From the NCBI GenBank assembly GCA_964016885.1, contig CAXHJY010000145.1, forward strand, positions 1-32,852: DNA of 32,852 nt, in the 5' to 3' direction. Source of the stretch: Eledone cirrhosa (lineage: Eukaryota). The position numbers and the translations under genes were made by a program. Positions within the stretch are counted from its first letter, which is position 1. Every line of letters begins with the position of its first letter. Under the pieces are notes generated by a model. That model was not told the DNA's origin. It saw nothing but the letters and a program-made list of their open reading frames with translations, and searched no databases. Shown here one piece after another: positions 11,893-25,500 of the stretch.

Positions 11893-12077
11893 CATACATA
11901 TTTATGCATATATACATACATATATAGTGCTTATTGATGTTTAAGTACATATTCAATATACACTCTCCCAACATGGAATATATGAAGTTTACGTACGCAC
12001 ATCTATATTAGTGAATATACGTATACCTGTTAGTACATATACCCTAACAGACATACGAGTAAACATCTGTGTTTATT

Positions 12078-12108
12078 TATATATATAAATATACACACAT
12101 ATATATAT

Positions 12109-12206
<98 letters not shown>

Positions 12207-12331
12207 CTGTACATTTTAAATGTATATGAACATAGTTTTATATGTATAAACTATCAATCTCTGGCTAATCTTTCCCCACCACACACACTGCAGGTTTACA
12301 TAAGTATACATATTTAAATATGAATATACGC

Positions 12332-12363
<32 letters not shown>

Positions 12364-12392
12364 TACATACATATATATATATACATACATAA

Positions 12393-12425
<33 letters not shown>

Positions 12426-12556
12426 CATATATATATACATATATACATACATATATATATATACATATATATATACATATATATATACATATATACATAC
12501 ATATATATATATACATATATATATATACATATATACATATATACATACATATATAT

Positions 12557-12626
<70 letters not shown>
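12078..12626. repeat. (TA)n/(TACA) microsatellite region
   Basis: Directly visible, with a short unique spacer near 12205-12320. Confidence 0.9.
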
Positions 12627-13407
12627 GGTGTGTCCACTATCGATCTTCCCATCCTTATATCTTCCATTTCGCACCTCAAATCAACCCCACCCCCACCATC
12701 GCCACCACCACCAACTCATATCTTCCACCATTTTCTCTTGACCCTTACGCTTGATTATATACACCAAAAATGTGCATTTCGGCAGTTCCCTACTTCTAGA
12801 ATCAATTCTGCACAAATAATAATGGAATATTCTTTATATATCATACGAGATTGTGAGCTCGGGAGTTTATCTAAGGGGAAGTGGTGAGAGGGTGGTGGAG
12901 TGTGTGTGTGTGTGTGGTGGTGGGGGGGGGGTAAGGATAAGGGTGGCAGTTAAGGAAAGGAAGGAGAGAAATTGGGAATCATAAAAATAGATAGATAGAT
13001 AATTACATAGAAACATATAATGGGCAATGAGAAAGATAGAATGAGTGAAGAGACGCTGTGTGTATGTGTGTGTGTGTGTATGACAATAATGGTTGAATCC
13101 ATTAAAAGAAATTATATATATATAGAGTGAGCAATAGATAAATAGATAGAAAATGTTTACATACACATATTCACGCACGCAACCATACACATATTGCATA
13201 TGTGTATATAATAGCTTATATACCCGTCGTTGCACGGGTAGAAATTTAGATTTGAAAAGTATAAATTAGTTGATTTGTTTGTTTCTTTCAGCAAATTATT
13301 TAATAAGTAGAGAAATTAAAAATACAAAATATAACTTTTGTATTACGAATTTCTAAAAGGAATATTGTTGTGTTTTTCGTAATTAGCATACAAAAATGTT
13401 ACAAATC

Positions 13408-13775
13408 TTTTACTGGTTTCAGTTATTAGACTGCAGCTATGCTTTCATTTCGTCGACCATATCGACCCAATATAATTTTTTTCAAATCTGGTATTTATTC
13501 TATCGATCTCTTTTTGTCGAACCGCTATGTAAGAAGCCGTAAACACAGACGAACGTAAACATGGACATGCGTGCACACTCAAATATTATATATGTGTGTG
13601 TGTATATATATATATATTGACGCCATGTTTCTGCAGTTTCCGCCCACCAAATTTCACTAACATATCCGAGGCTATTGTAGAGGACGCTTGGTCAAGTTGC
13701 CACAGAACGGGATTGAACCTATATTTATGTGGTTGGGAAGTGAATTCCATAACCACGCAGCCATGCTCTGCGTCT
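13408..13775 (-). mobile_element. tRNA-derived SINE (cephalopod-like) with internal microsatellite
   Basis: The minus-strand head has A-box TGGCTGCGTGG and B-box GGTTCAATCCC. The 3' part (13408-13550) is assigned from recalled similarity to Octopus SINE tails. Confidence 0.7.
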
Positions 13776-13970
13776 CTCTAGAAATTTTCACTGAAAAAAA
13801 CAAAAACCTGCCCCTGTTCGCCAAATAGAAAAGGTTCGTAATTTGAATTTAAAATACATCTTTATATACAGTATTGCATGTTGTTGTTTTTTTGTTTTTT
13901 TGCCCGAAAGGAGATTGTACATACAGATTGTTAGCTGTTCCTATTCTACCGCAACGATTCTTAGTGACTG

Positions 13971-14270
13971 GAGTCACATTCCTCTCCTTGCAATTTCTGG
14001 GATTTCTTCAATTTTTCCTACATTTTGAATTGATATCAAGTAATTTTTCACTGGAGCACCATATTAACCTAAGCAAGCTTTTCATAACTTAATAATTGTA
14101 AAATCCGTGGTACTCAAAAAACCAGGTCACATTCTCACCCTCTTGCAATCTCAGATTTCATCAATATCTCCCCATTTTCAATTGTCATCTAGTAATGTTT
14201 CACGCAAACACCATATTAACTTGAGCAAGTTTCAAAACCTTAACAATTGTATTATCCTAAACAAGATTAG
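13971..14270 (+). repeat. Two diverged ~150-bp tandem units, related to 4255-4424
   Basis: GTCACATT...CTTGCAAT...AGTAAT...CACCATATTAAC...AGCAAG occurs twice. Confidence 0.75.
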
Positions 14271-14632
14271 GTCGAAGGCAACACCTTTTTGTGAACTGTT
14301 AGTTCTAGATCGGCATAGATGGGCATGTTAGTATCAAATTTGATACATATGCAATGTAAAATATTCTTTTTTTCAATTTGGATGCTTCCTAAATACATTC
14401 TTTAGCAATCCCCTGGGAGCCAAGCGCCCCCTGTTTGAGAATCCTTGTTTAGAGAAGCAGTCTTCTTGTAATTGTCGTTCTTGTAATTGTCTTGCAATTC
14501 TGTTTATCCCTGTGACTTGTGGATGAACATAGCAAAATCTAATTGGAAACGGCATCTGTGAAGAAGGAATTATTCTATGAATATATATACATACACAAAT
14601 TTATACATTGCCGTATATGTGAATGTAGTAAA

Positions 14633-14640
14633 GTATGTAC

Positions 14641-14671
<31 letters not shown>

Positions 14672-14891
14672 TGTATGTATGTATGTATGTATGTATGTAT
14701 GTATGTATGTATGTATGTATGTATATGTTTGTGTCTTGATATAATTTGGGAGCGTCATGTTGCCAATACAAAACGATATATACATACATACATACATACA
14801 TACATACATACATACATACATACATACATACATACATACATACATACACACATACATACATACATACACACATACATACATACATACATAC
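14633..14891. repeat. Inverted tetranucleotide arms (ATGT)n - spacer - (ACAT)n
   Basis: Complementary microsatellite arms flank a ~55-bp spacer. Confidence 0.9.
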
Positions 14892-14994
14892 AGAGATTAT
14901 ATTTAATTTGTTGGGATTCAACAAGCTGAAACATTTTTTATAACTGATATAAAGCACTCAACAGTTTAGTGGAGTAAATACACAATATATTAAT

Positions 14995-15171
14995 TGTTTC
15001 TACTTTAGGCACAAGGTCAGCAATTACCCAGTGCATTACTGGTACTTTTATTTTATCGACCCCGTAAGGATGAAAGGCAAAGTCAACCTCGGCGGGATTT
15101 GAACTCAGATCGTAAAGGGACGTAACTATGCTGGAAAGCATGGCGTCCGACCCTCTACCGATACTGCCAAT
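14995..15171 (-). mobile_element. tRNA-derived SINE (same family as 5894-6072)
   Basis: Near-identical sequence, with A and B boxes on the minus strand. Confidence 0.85.
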
Positions 15172-15201
15172 CCACGGAAACTATATTTATAAAACCATAT
15201 T

Positions 15202-15278
15202 TATTTTATTATATATATTGTATATATATTTCAAGGGCAACCAAGGCAAATTATGGTGCGCCTTCATCAGATAAAATA
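15202..15278 (-). ncRNA. Type I hammerhead with an (AU)n stem III and AUA site
   Basis: Minus strand: TATTTTAT-CTGATGA-AGGCGCACCA...TGGTTGCCCTT-GAA-ATATATAT-ACA-ATATATAT-A-ATAAAATA; 8-bp stems I and III. Confidence 0.7.
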
Positions 15279-15378
15279 CAGATCTGTTTTAAAAATAAAT
15301 ATTGACATACCCGGAAAAAAAGACAACCTTAACGGTTGGAGCTTCCTGGATAGTGGAGATAATATTTTATTGAGGGTA

Positions 15379-15807
<429 letters not shown>

Positions 15808-15808
<1 letters not shown>

Positions 15809-16510
15809 AAAAAGAGCGGAGCAAGCGGTTATCAAATAATTCTCTAAATAAATTTTAAAACGATTTAAATAATCACCTGTTCCATTGCTGTTACCGACGG
15901 TTTCACCATTCCAAAAATTAGAAATCCAGAGAATTTCCAATGGAAAGAAATGGATCTTCAGACAGCTTATTTCCATACTATAAGGTTGCCAGCCTTACAG
16001 CAAGTAAATATTTCGATTCCTGCCCAACGCATGCGGTCAACCCGTTAAAATGACACACGCAAAATCAGGTCGCAGATAATAGCTGTTTATTATAAACGTG
16101 TTGATACTGCCACTAAAATTAGCAGCATTATTCAACGTTTTGTTCTCTACATAAGGAGAAAAATTATAAAAGTGGATGAATACTTCAACAGGCACTAAGT
16201 ACTTGTAGAAATATGCAAGGTGTTTATAATAGTTGTGGTTCGATGGTACTAATTTGAGATACCAGAACAATAGAAAAAGAGCGGAGCAAGCGGTTATCAC
16301 ATAATTCTCTAAATAAATTAAAAAACGATTTAAATAATCACCTCTTCTATTGCTGTTACCGGCGGTTTCACCATTCCAAAAATTGGAAATCCAGAGAATT
16401 TCCAATGTTCTGGTATCTCAAATTAGTACCATCGAACCACAACTATTATAAACACCTTGCATATTTCTACAAGTACTTAGTGCCTGTTGAAGTATTCATC
16501 CACTTTTATA
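15808..16510 (-). mobile_element. 465-bp-unit retrozyme/pLTR-like element (1.3 units) with an inverted 5' segment
   Basis: 15808-15941 repeats at ~16274-16407 (period 465). 16406-16510 is the reverse complement of 16165-16269. Both flanks are TA. Confidence 0.85.
15887..15966 (-). ncRNA. Type I hammerhead with extended stem II
   Basis: Minus strand: GCTGT-CTGAAGA-T-CCATT...AATGG-T-GAAAC-CGTCG-GTA-ACAGC; GUA site. Confidence 0.8.
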
Positions 16511-16581
16511 TACATATATATATATATATATTTCAAAACATACTTGATATATATATATATATATACATACACATATATATA

Positions 16582-19500
16582 TATATGTGAGCTGATAGAG
16601 TACAGTCTAAGGATTTACAGAAACCCAAGAAGCTAGATTTAACACCTTTCTAGTGGGTCCGGGTATGATTTTACATTCATTTAAATTATTGATGTATTGT
16701 TTTATTGATATTTTTTATCTGATTGTCCCGAATCTTCTATTATCGATTTTTTATCGTATGGTTGATTTTAGACTTGTTCTATGTGTGACGGTATTTTAAC
16801 GATAGTTATAGCTCTGATTCATCTGAATTATTGAGCCCTCTGCCGCTCATTTCGAATATTGTTTATCGTGAACTTGTGCGCCGATTTTTCGATACTCGAT
16901 CTTTCTAATATTTTTAGCTCTGGACATAGCTATCCACCAGTTAATTTTATTGCTCATTTTTTGTCGATTCTATTGAGTGATGAATAGCTCCTGTTTTATT
17001 TTAACATGTCTATTGAGCACTCTTATTCGATATGTGTATTTCCACATTTCCTCGAATAGTTTTCGCGGATGTAGAGGTTATCTCCCTTGCCGGATTCCAT
17101 GTGCGTATTTCGCTTGTAGTTAGCCTCTTATCCGCTAGGAAAAAGCTCGTTGATGAAGTAAACTTCCATTCCGCTTGCTCTAGAAGTCTTATATATTTAT
17201 ATGTGAGCTGATAGAGTACAGTCTAAGGATTTACAGAAACCCAAGAAGCTAGATTTAACACCTTTCTAGTGGGTCCGGGTATGATTTTACATTCATTTAA
17301 ATTATTGATGTATTGTTTTATTGATATTTTTTATCTGATTGTCCCGAATCTTCTATTATCGACTTTTTATCGTATGGTTGATTTTAGACTTGTTCTATGT
17401 GTGACGGTATTTTAACGATAGTTATAGCTCTGATTCATCTGAATTATTGAGCCCTCTGCCGCTCATTTCGAATATTGTTTATCGTGAACTCGTGCGCCGA
17501 TTTTTCGATACTCGATCTTTCTAATATTTTTAGCTCTGGACATAGCTATCCACCAGTTAATTTTATTGCTCATTTTTTGTCGATTCTATTGATTGATGAA
17601 TAGCTCCTGTTTTATTTTAACATGTCTATTGAGCACTCTTATTCGATATGTGTATTTCCACATTTCCTCGAATAGTTTTCGCGGATGTAGAGGTTATCTC
17701 CCTTGCCGGATTCCATGTGCGTATTTCGCTTGTAGTTGGCCTCTTATCCGCTAGGAAAAAGCTCGTTGATGAAGTAAACTTCCATTCCGCTTGCTCTAGA
17801 AGTCTTATATATTTATATGTGAGCTGATAGAGTACAGTCTAAGGATTTACAGAAACCCAAGAAGCTAGATTTAACACCTTTCTAGTGGGTCCGGGTATGA
17901 TTTTACATTCATTTAAATTATTGATGTATTGTTTTATTGATATTTTTTATCTGATTGTCCCGAATCTTCTATTATCGATTTTTTATCGTATGGTTGATTT
18001 TAGAATTGTTCTATGTGTGACGGTATTTTAACGATAGTTATAGCTCTGATTCATCTGAATTATTGAGCCCTCTGCCGCTCATTTCGAATATTGTTTATCG
18101 TGAACTCGTGCGCCGATTTTTCGATACTCGATCTTTCTAATATTTTTAGCTCTGGACATAGCTATCCACCAGTTAATTTTATTGCTCATTTTTTGTCGAT
18201 TCTATTGAGTGATGAATAGCTCCTGTTTTATTTTAACATGTCTATTGAGCACTCTTATTCGATATGTGTATTTCCACATTTCCTCGAATAGTTTTCGCGG
18301 ATGTAGAGGTTATCTCCCTTGCCGGATTCCATGTGCGTATTTCGCTTGTAGTTAGCCTCTTATCCGCTAGGAAAAAGCTCGTTGATGAAGTAAACTTCCA
18401 TTCCGCTTGCTCTAGAAGTCTTATATATTTATATGTGAGCTGATAGAGTACAGTCTAAGGATTTACAGAAACCCAAGAAGCTAGATTTAACACCTTTCTA
18501 GTGGGTCCGGGTATGATTTTACATTCATTTAAATTATTGATGTATTGTTTTATTGATATTTTTTATCTGATTGTCCCGAATCTTCTATTATCGACTTTTT
18601 AGCGTATGGTTGATTTTAGACTTGTTCTATGTGTGACGGTATTTTAACGATAGTTATAGCTCTGATTCATCTGAATTATTGAGCCCTCTGCCGCTCATTT
18701 CGAATATTGTTTATCGTGAACTCGTGCGCCGATTTTTCGATACTCGATCTTTCTAATATTTTTAGCTCTGGACATAGCTATCCACCAGTTAATTTTATTG
18801 CTCATTTTTTGTCGATTCTATTGATTGATGAATAGCTCCTGTTTTATTTTAACATGTCTATTGAGCACTCTTATTCGATATGTGTATTTCCACATTTCCT
18901 CGAATAGTTTTCGCGGATGTAGAGGTTATCTCCCTTGCCGGATTCCATGTGCGTATTTCGCTTGTAGTTGGCCTCTTATCCGCTAGGAAAAAGCTCGTTG
19001 ATGAAGTAAACTTCCATTCCGCTTGCTCTAGAAGTCTTATATATTTATATGTGAGCTGATAGAGTACAGTCTAAGGATTTACAGAAACCCAAGAAGCTAG
19101 ATTTAACACCTTTCTAGTGGGTCCGGGTATGATTTTACATTCATTTAAATTATTGATGTATTGTTTTATTGATATTTTTTATCTGATTGTCCCGAATCTT
19201 CTATTATCGATTTTTTATCGTATGGTTGATTTTAGAATTGTTCTATGTGTGACGGTATTTTAACGATAGTTATAGCTCTGATTCATCTGAATTATTGAGC
19301 CCTCTGCCGCTCATTTCGAATATTGTTTATCGTGAACTCGTGCGCCGATTTTTCGATACTCGATCTTTCTAATATTTTTAGCTCTGGACATAGCTATCCA
19401 CCAGTTAATTTTATTGCTCATTTTTTGTCGATTCTATTGAGTGATGAATAGCTCCTGTTTTATTTTAACATGTCTATTGAGCACTCTTATTCGATATGTG

Positions 19501-22500
19501 TATTTCCACATTTCCTCGAATAGTTTTCGCGGATGTAGAGGTTATCTCCCTTGCCGGATTCCATGTGCGTATTTCGCTTGTAGTTAGCCTTTATCCGCTA
19601 GGAAAAAGCTCGTTGATGAAGTAAACTTCCATTCCGCTTGCTCTAGAAGTCTTATATATTTATATGTGAGCTGATAGAGTACAGTCTAAGGATTTACAGA
19701 AACCCAAGAAGCTAGATTTACCATCTTTCTAGTGGGTCCGGGTATGATTTTACATTCATTTAAATTATTGATGTATTGTTTTATTGATATTTTTTATCTG
19801 ATTGTCCCGAATCTTCTATTATCGATTTTTTATCGTATGGTTGATTTTAGAATTGTTCTATGTGTGACGGTATTTTAACGATAGTTATAGCTCTGATTCA
19901 TCTGAATTATTGAGCCCTCTGCCGCTCATTTCGAATATTGTTTATCGTGAACTCGTGCGCCGATTTTTCGATACTCGATCTTTCTAATATTTTTAGCTCT
20001 GGACATAGCTATCCACCAGTTAATTTTATTGCTCATTTTTTGTCGATTCTATTGAGTGATGAATAGCTCCTGTTTTATTTTAACATGTCTATTGAGCACT
20101 CTTATTCGATATGTGTATTTCCACATTTCCTCGAATAGTTTTCGCGGATGTAGAGGTTATCTCCCTTGCCGGATTCCATGTGCGTATTTCGCTTGTAGTT
20201 AGCCTCTTATCCGCTAGGAAAAAGCTCGTTGATGAAGTAAACTTCCATTCCGCTTGCTCTAGAAGTCTTATATATTTATATGTGAGCTGATAGAGTACAG
20301 TCTAAGGATTTACAGAAACCCAAGAAGCTAGATTTAACACCTTTCTAGTGGGTCCGGGTATGATTTTACATTCATTTAAATTATTGATGTATTGTTTTAT
20401 TGATATTTTTTATCTGATTGTCCCGAATCTTCTATTATCGACTTTTTATCGTATGGTTGATTTTAGACTTGTTCTATGTGTGACGGTATTTTAACGATAG
20501 TTATAGCTCTGATTCATCTGAATTATTGAGCCCTCTGCCGCTCATTTCGAATATTGTTTATCGTGAACTCGTGCGCCGATTTTTCGATACTCGATCTTTC
20601 TAATATTTTTAGCTCTGGACATAGCTATCCACCAGTTAATTTTATTGCTCATTTTTTGTCGATTCTATTGAGTGATGAATAGCTCCTGTTTTATTTTAAC
20701 ATGTCTATTGAGCACTCTTATTCGATATGTGTATTTCCACATTTCCTCGAATAGTTTTCGCGGATGTAGAGGTTACCTCCCTTGCCGGATTCCATGTGCG
20801 TATTTCGCTTGTAGTTAGCCTCTTATCCGCTAGGAAAAAGCTCGTTGATGAAGTAAACTTCCATTCCGCTTGCTCTAGAAGTCTTATATATTTATATGTG
20901 AGCTGATAGAGTACAGTCTAAGGATTTACAGAAACCCAAGAAGCTAGATTTAACACCTTTCTAGTGGGTCCGGGTATGATTTTACATTCATTTAAATTAT
21001 TGATGTATTGTTTTATTGATATTTTTTATCTGATTGTCCCGAATCTTCTATTATCGATTTTTTATCGTATGGTTGATTTTAGACTTGTTCTATGTGTGAC
21101 GGTATTTTAACGATAGTTATAGCTCTGATTCATCTGAATTATTGAGCCCTCTGCCGCTCATTTCGAATATCGTTTATCGTGAACTCGTGCGCCGATTTTT
21201 CGATACTCGATCTTTCTAATATTTTTAGCTCTGGACATAGCTATCCACCAGTTAATTTTATTGCTCATTTTTTGTCGATTCTATTGAGTGATGAATAGCT
21301 CCTGTTTTATTTTAACATGTCTATTGAGCACTCTTATTCGATATGTGTATTTCCACATTTCCTCGAATAGTTTTCGCGGATGTAGAGGTTATCTCCCTTG
21401 CCGGATTCCATGTGCGTATTTCGCTTGTAGTTAGCCTCTTATCCGCTAGGAAAAAGCTCGTTGATGAAGTAAACTTCCATTCCGCTTGCTCTAGAAGTCT
21501 TATATATTTATATGTGAGCTGATAGAGTACAGTCTAAGGATTTACAGAAACCCAAGAAGCTAGATTTAACACCTTTCTAGTGGGTCCGGGTATGATTTTA
21601 CATTCATTTAAATTATTGATGTATTGTTTTATTGATATTTTTTATCTGATTGTCCCGAATCTTCTATTATCGACTTTTTAGCGTATGGTTGATTTTAGAC
21701 TTGTTCTATGTGTGACGGTATTTTAACGATAGTTATAGCTCTGATTCATCTGAATTATTGAGCCCTCTGCCGCTCATTTCGAATATTGTTTATCGTGAAC
21801 TCGTGCGCCGATTTTTCGATACTCGATCTTTCTAATATTTTTAGCTCTGGACATAGCTATCCACCAGTTAATTTTATTGCTCATTTTTTGTCGATTCTAT
21901 TGATTGATGAATAGCTCCTGTTTTATTTTAACATGTCTATTGAGCACTCTTATTCGATATGTGTATTTCCACATTTCCTCGAATAGTTTTCGCGGATGTA
22001 GAGGTTATCTCCCTTGCCGGATTCCATGTGCGTATTTCGCTTGTAGTTGGCCTCTTATCCGCTAGGAAAAAGCTCGTTGATGAAGTAAACTTCCATTCCG
22101 CTTGCTCTAGAAGTCTTATATATTTATATGTGAGCTGATAGAGTACAGTCTAAGGATTTACAGAAACCCAAGAAGCTAGATTTAACACCTTTCTAGTGGG
22201 TCCGGGTATGATTTTACATTCATTTAAATTATTGATGTATTGTTTTATTGATATTTTTTATCTGATTGTCCCGAATCTTCTATTATCGATTTTTTATCGT
22301 ATGGTTGATTTTAGAATTGTTCTATGTGTGACGGTATTTTAACGATAGTTATAGCTCTGATTCATCTGAATTATTGAGCCCTCTGCCGCTCATTTCGAAT
22401 ATTGTTTATCGTGAACTCGTGCGCCGATTTTTCGATACTCGATCTTTCTAATATTTTTAGCTCTGGACATAGCTATCCACCAGTTAATTTTATTGCTCAT

Positions 22501-25500
22501 TTTTTGTCGATTCTATTGAGTGATGAATAGCTCCTGTTTTATTTTAACATGTCTATTGAGCACTCTTATTCGATATGTGTATTTCCACATTTCCTCGAAT
22601 AGTTTTCGCGGATGTAGAGGTTACCTCCCTTGCCGGATTCCATGTGCGTATTTCGCTTGTAGTTAGCCTCTTATCCGCTAGGAAAAAGCTCGTTGATGAA
22701 GTAAACTTCCATTCCGCTTGCTCTAGAAGTCTTATATATTTATATGTGAGCTGATAGAGTACAGTCTAAGGATTTACAGAAACCCAAGAAGCTAGATTTA
22801 ACACCTTTCTAGTGGGTCCGGGTATGATTTTACATTCATTTAAATTATTGATGTATTGTTTTATTGATATTTTTTATCTGATTGTCCCGAATCTTCTATT
22901 ATCGATTTTTTATCGTATGGTTGATTTTAGACTTGTTCTATGTGTGACGGTATTTTAACGATAGTTATAGCTCTGATTCATCTGAATTATTGAGCCCTCT
23001 GCCGCTCATTTCGAATATCGTTTATCGTGAACTCGTGCGCCGATTTTTCGATACTCGATCTTTCTAATATTTTTAGCTCTGGACATAGCTATCCACCAGT
23101 TAATTTTATTGCTCATTTTTTGTCGATTCTATTGAGTGATGAATAGCTCCTGTTTTATTTTAACATGTCTATTGAGCACTCTTATTCGATATGTGTATTT
23201 CCACATTTCCTCGAATAGTTTTCGCGGATGTAGAGGTTATCTCCCTTGCCGGATTCCATGTGCGTATTTCGCTTGTAGTTAGCCTCTTATCCGCTAGGAA
23301 AAAGCTCGTTGATGAAGTAAACTTCCATTCCGCTTGCTCTAGAAGTCTTATATATTTATATGTGAGCTGATAGAGTACAGTCTAAGGATTTACAGAAACC
23401 CAAGAAGCTAGATTTAACATCTTTCTAGTGGGTCCGGGTATGATTTTACATTCATTTAAATTATTGATGTATTGTTTTATTGATATTTTTTATCTGATTG
23501 TCCCGAATCTTCTATTATCGACTTTTTAGCGTATGGTTGATTTTAGACTTGTTCTATGTGTGACGGTATTTTAACGATAGTTATAGCTCTGATTCATCTG
23601 AATTATTGAGCCCTCTGCCGCTCATTTCGAATATTGTTTATCGTGAACTCGTGCGCCGATTTTTCGATACTCGATCTTTCTAATATTTTTAGCTCTGGAC
23701 ATAGCTATCCACCAGTTAATTTTATTGCTCATTTTTTGTCGATTCTATTGATTGATGAATAGCTCCTGTTTTATTTTAACATGTCTATTGAGCACTCTTA
23801 TTCGATATGTGTATTTCCACATTTCCTCGAATAGTTTTCGCGGATGTAGAGGTTATCTCCCTTGCCGGATTCCATGTGCGTATTTCGCTTGTAGTTGGCC
23901 TCTTATCCGCTAGGAAAAAGCTCGTTGATGAAGTAAACTTCCATTCCGCTTGCTCTAGAAGTCTTATATATTTATATGTGAGCTGATAGAGTACAGTCTA
24001 AGGATTTACAGAAACCCAAGAAGCTAGATTTAACACCTTTCTAGTGGGTCCGGGTATGATTTTACATTCATTTAAATTATTGATGTATTGTTTTATTGAT
24101 ATTTTTTATCTGATTGTCCCGAATCTTCTATTATCGATTTTTTATCGTATGGTTGATTTTAGAATTGTTCTATGTGTGACGGTATTTTAACGATAGTTAT
24201 AGCTCTGATTCATCTGAATTATTGAGCCCTCTGCCGCTCATTTCGAATATTGTTTATCGTGAACTCGTGCGCCGATTTTTCGATACTCGATCTTTCTAAT
24301 ATTTTTAGCTCTGGACATAGCTATCCACCAGTTAATTTTATTGCTCATTTTTTGTCGATTCTATTGAGTGATGAATAGCTCCTGTTTTATTTTAACATGT
24401 CTATTGAGCACTCTTATTCGATATGTGTATTTCCACATTTCCTCGAATAGTTTTCGCGGATGTAGAGGTTATCTCCCTTGCCGGATTCCATGTGCGTATT
24501 TCGCTTGTAGTTAGCCTTTATCCGCTAGGAAAAAGCTCGTTGATGAAGTAAACTTCCATTCCGCTTGCTCTAGAAGTCTTATATATTTATATGTGAGCTG
24601 ATAGAGTACAGTCTAAGGATTTACAGAAACCCAAGAAGCTAGATTTACCATCTTTCTAGTGGGTCCGGGTATGATTTTACATTCATTTAAATTATTGATG
24701 TATTGTTTTATTGATATTTTTTATCTGATTGTCCCGAATCTTCTATTATCGATTTTTTATCGTATGGTTGATTTTAGAATTGTTCTATGTGTGACGGTAT
24801 TTTAACGATAGTTATAGCTCTGATTCATCTGAATTATTGAGCCCTCTGCCGCTCATTTCGAATATTGTTTATCGTGAACTCGTGCGCCGATTTTTCGATA
24901 CTCGATCTTTCTAATATTTTTAGCTCTGGACATAGCTATCCACCAGTTAATTTTATTGCTCATTTTTTGTCGATTCTATTGAGTGATGAATAGCTCCTGT
25001 TTTATTTTAACATGTCTATTGAGCACTCTTATTCGATATGTGTATTTCCACATTTCCTCGAATAGTTTTCGCGGATGTAGAGGTTATCTCCCTTGCCGGA
25101 TTCCATGTGCGTATTTCGCTTGTAGTTAGCCTCTTATCCGCTAGGAAAAAGCTCGTTGATGAAGTAAACTTCCATTCCGCTTGCTCTAGAAGTCTTATAT
25201 ATTTATATGTGAGCTGATAGAGTACAGTCTAAGGATTTACAGAAACCCAAGAAGCTAGATTTAACACCTTTCTAGTGGGTCCGGGTATGATTTTACATTC
25301 ATTTAAATTATTGATGTATTGTTTTATTGATATTTTTTATCTGATTGTCCCGAATCTTCTATTATCGACTTTTTATCGTATGGTTGATTTTAGACTTGTT
25401 CTATGTGTGACGGTATTTTAACGATAGTTATAGCTCTGATTCATCTGAATTATTGAGCCCTCTGCCGCTCATTTCGAATATTGTTTATCGTGAACTCGTG

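Noticed and set aside
14141-14166. TTGANGA-stem-GCAA motif in the ~150-bp repeat (also near 4356 and 14000)
   Set aside because: All copies have GCAA rather than GAAA, and there is no stem III, NUH site or stem I.
14424-14452. hAT-like terminal sequence (minus strand CAAGGATTCTCAAAC)
   Set aside because: No partner TIR or TSD was identified.
17208-17215. CTGATAGA as the hammerhead 5' core
   Set aside because: It has an extra base, the preceding sequence cannot pair with the post-GTC CGGGT, and it is not conserved in the 9.8 and 31.7 kb relatives. TTGATGA fits all helices.
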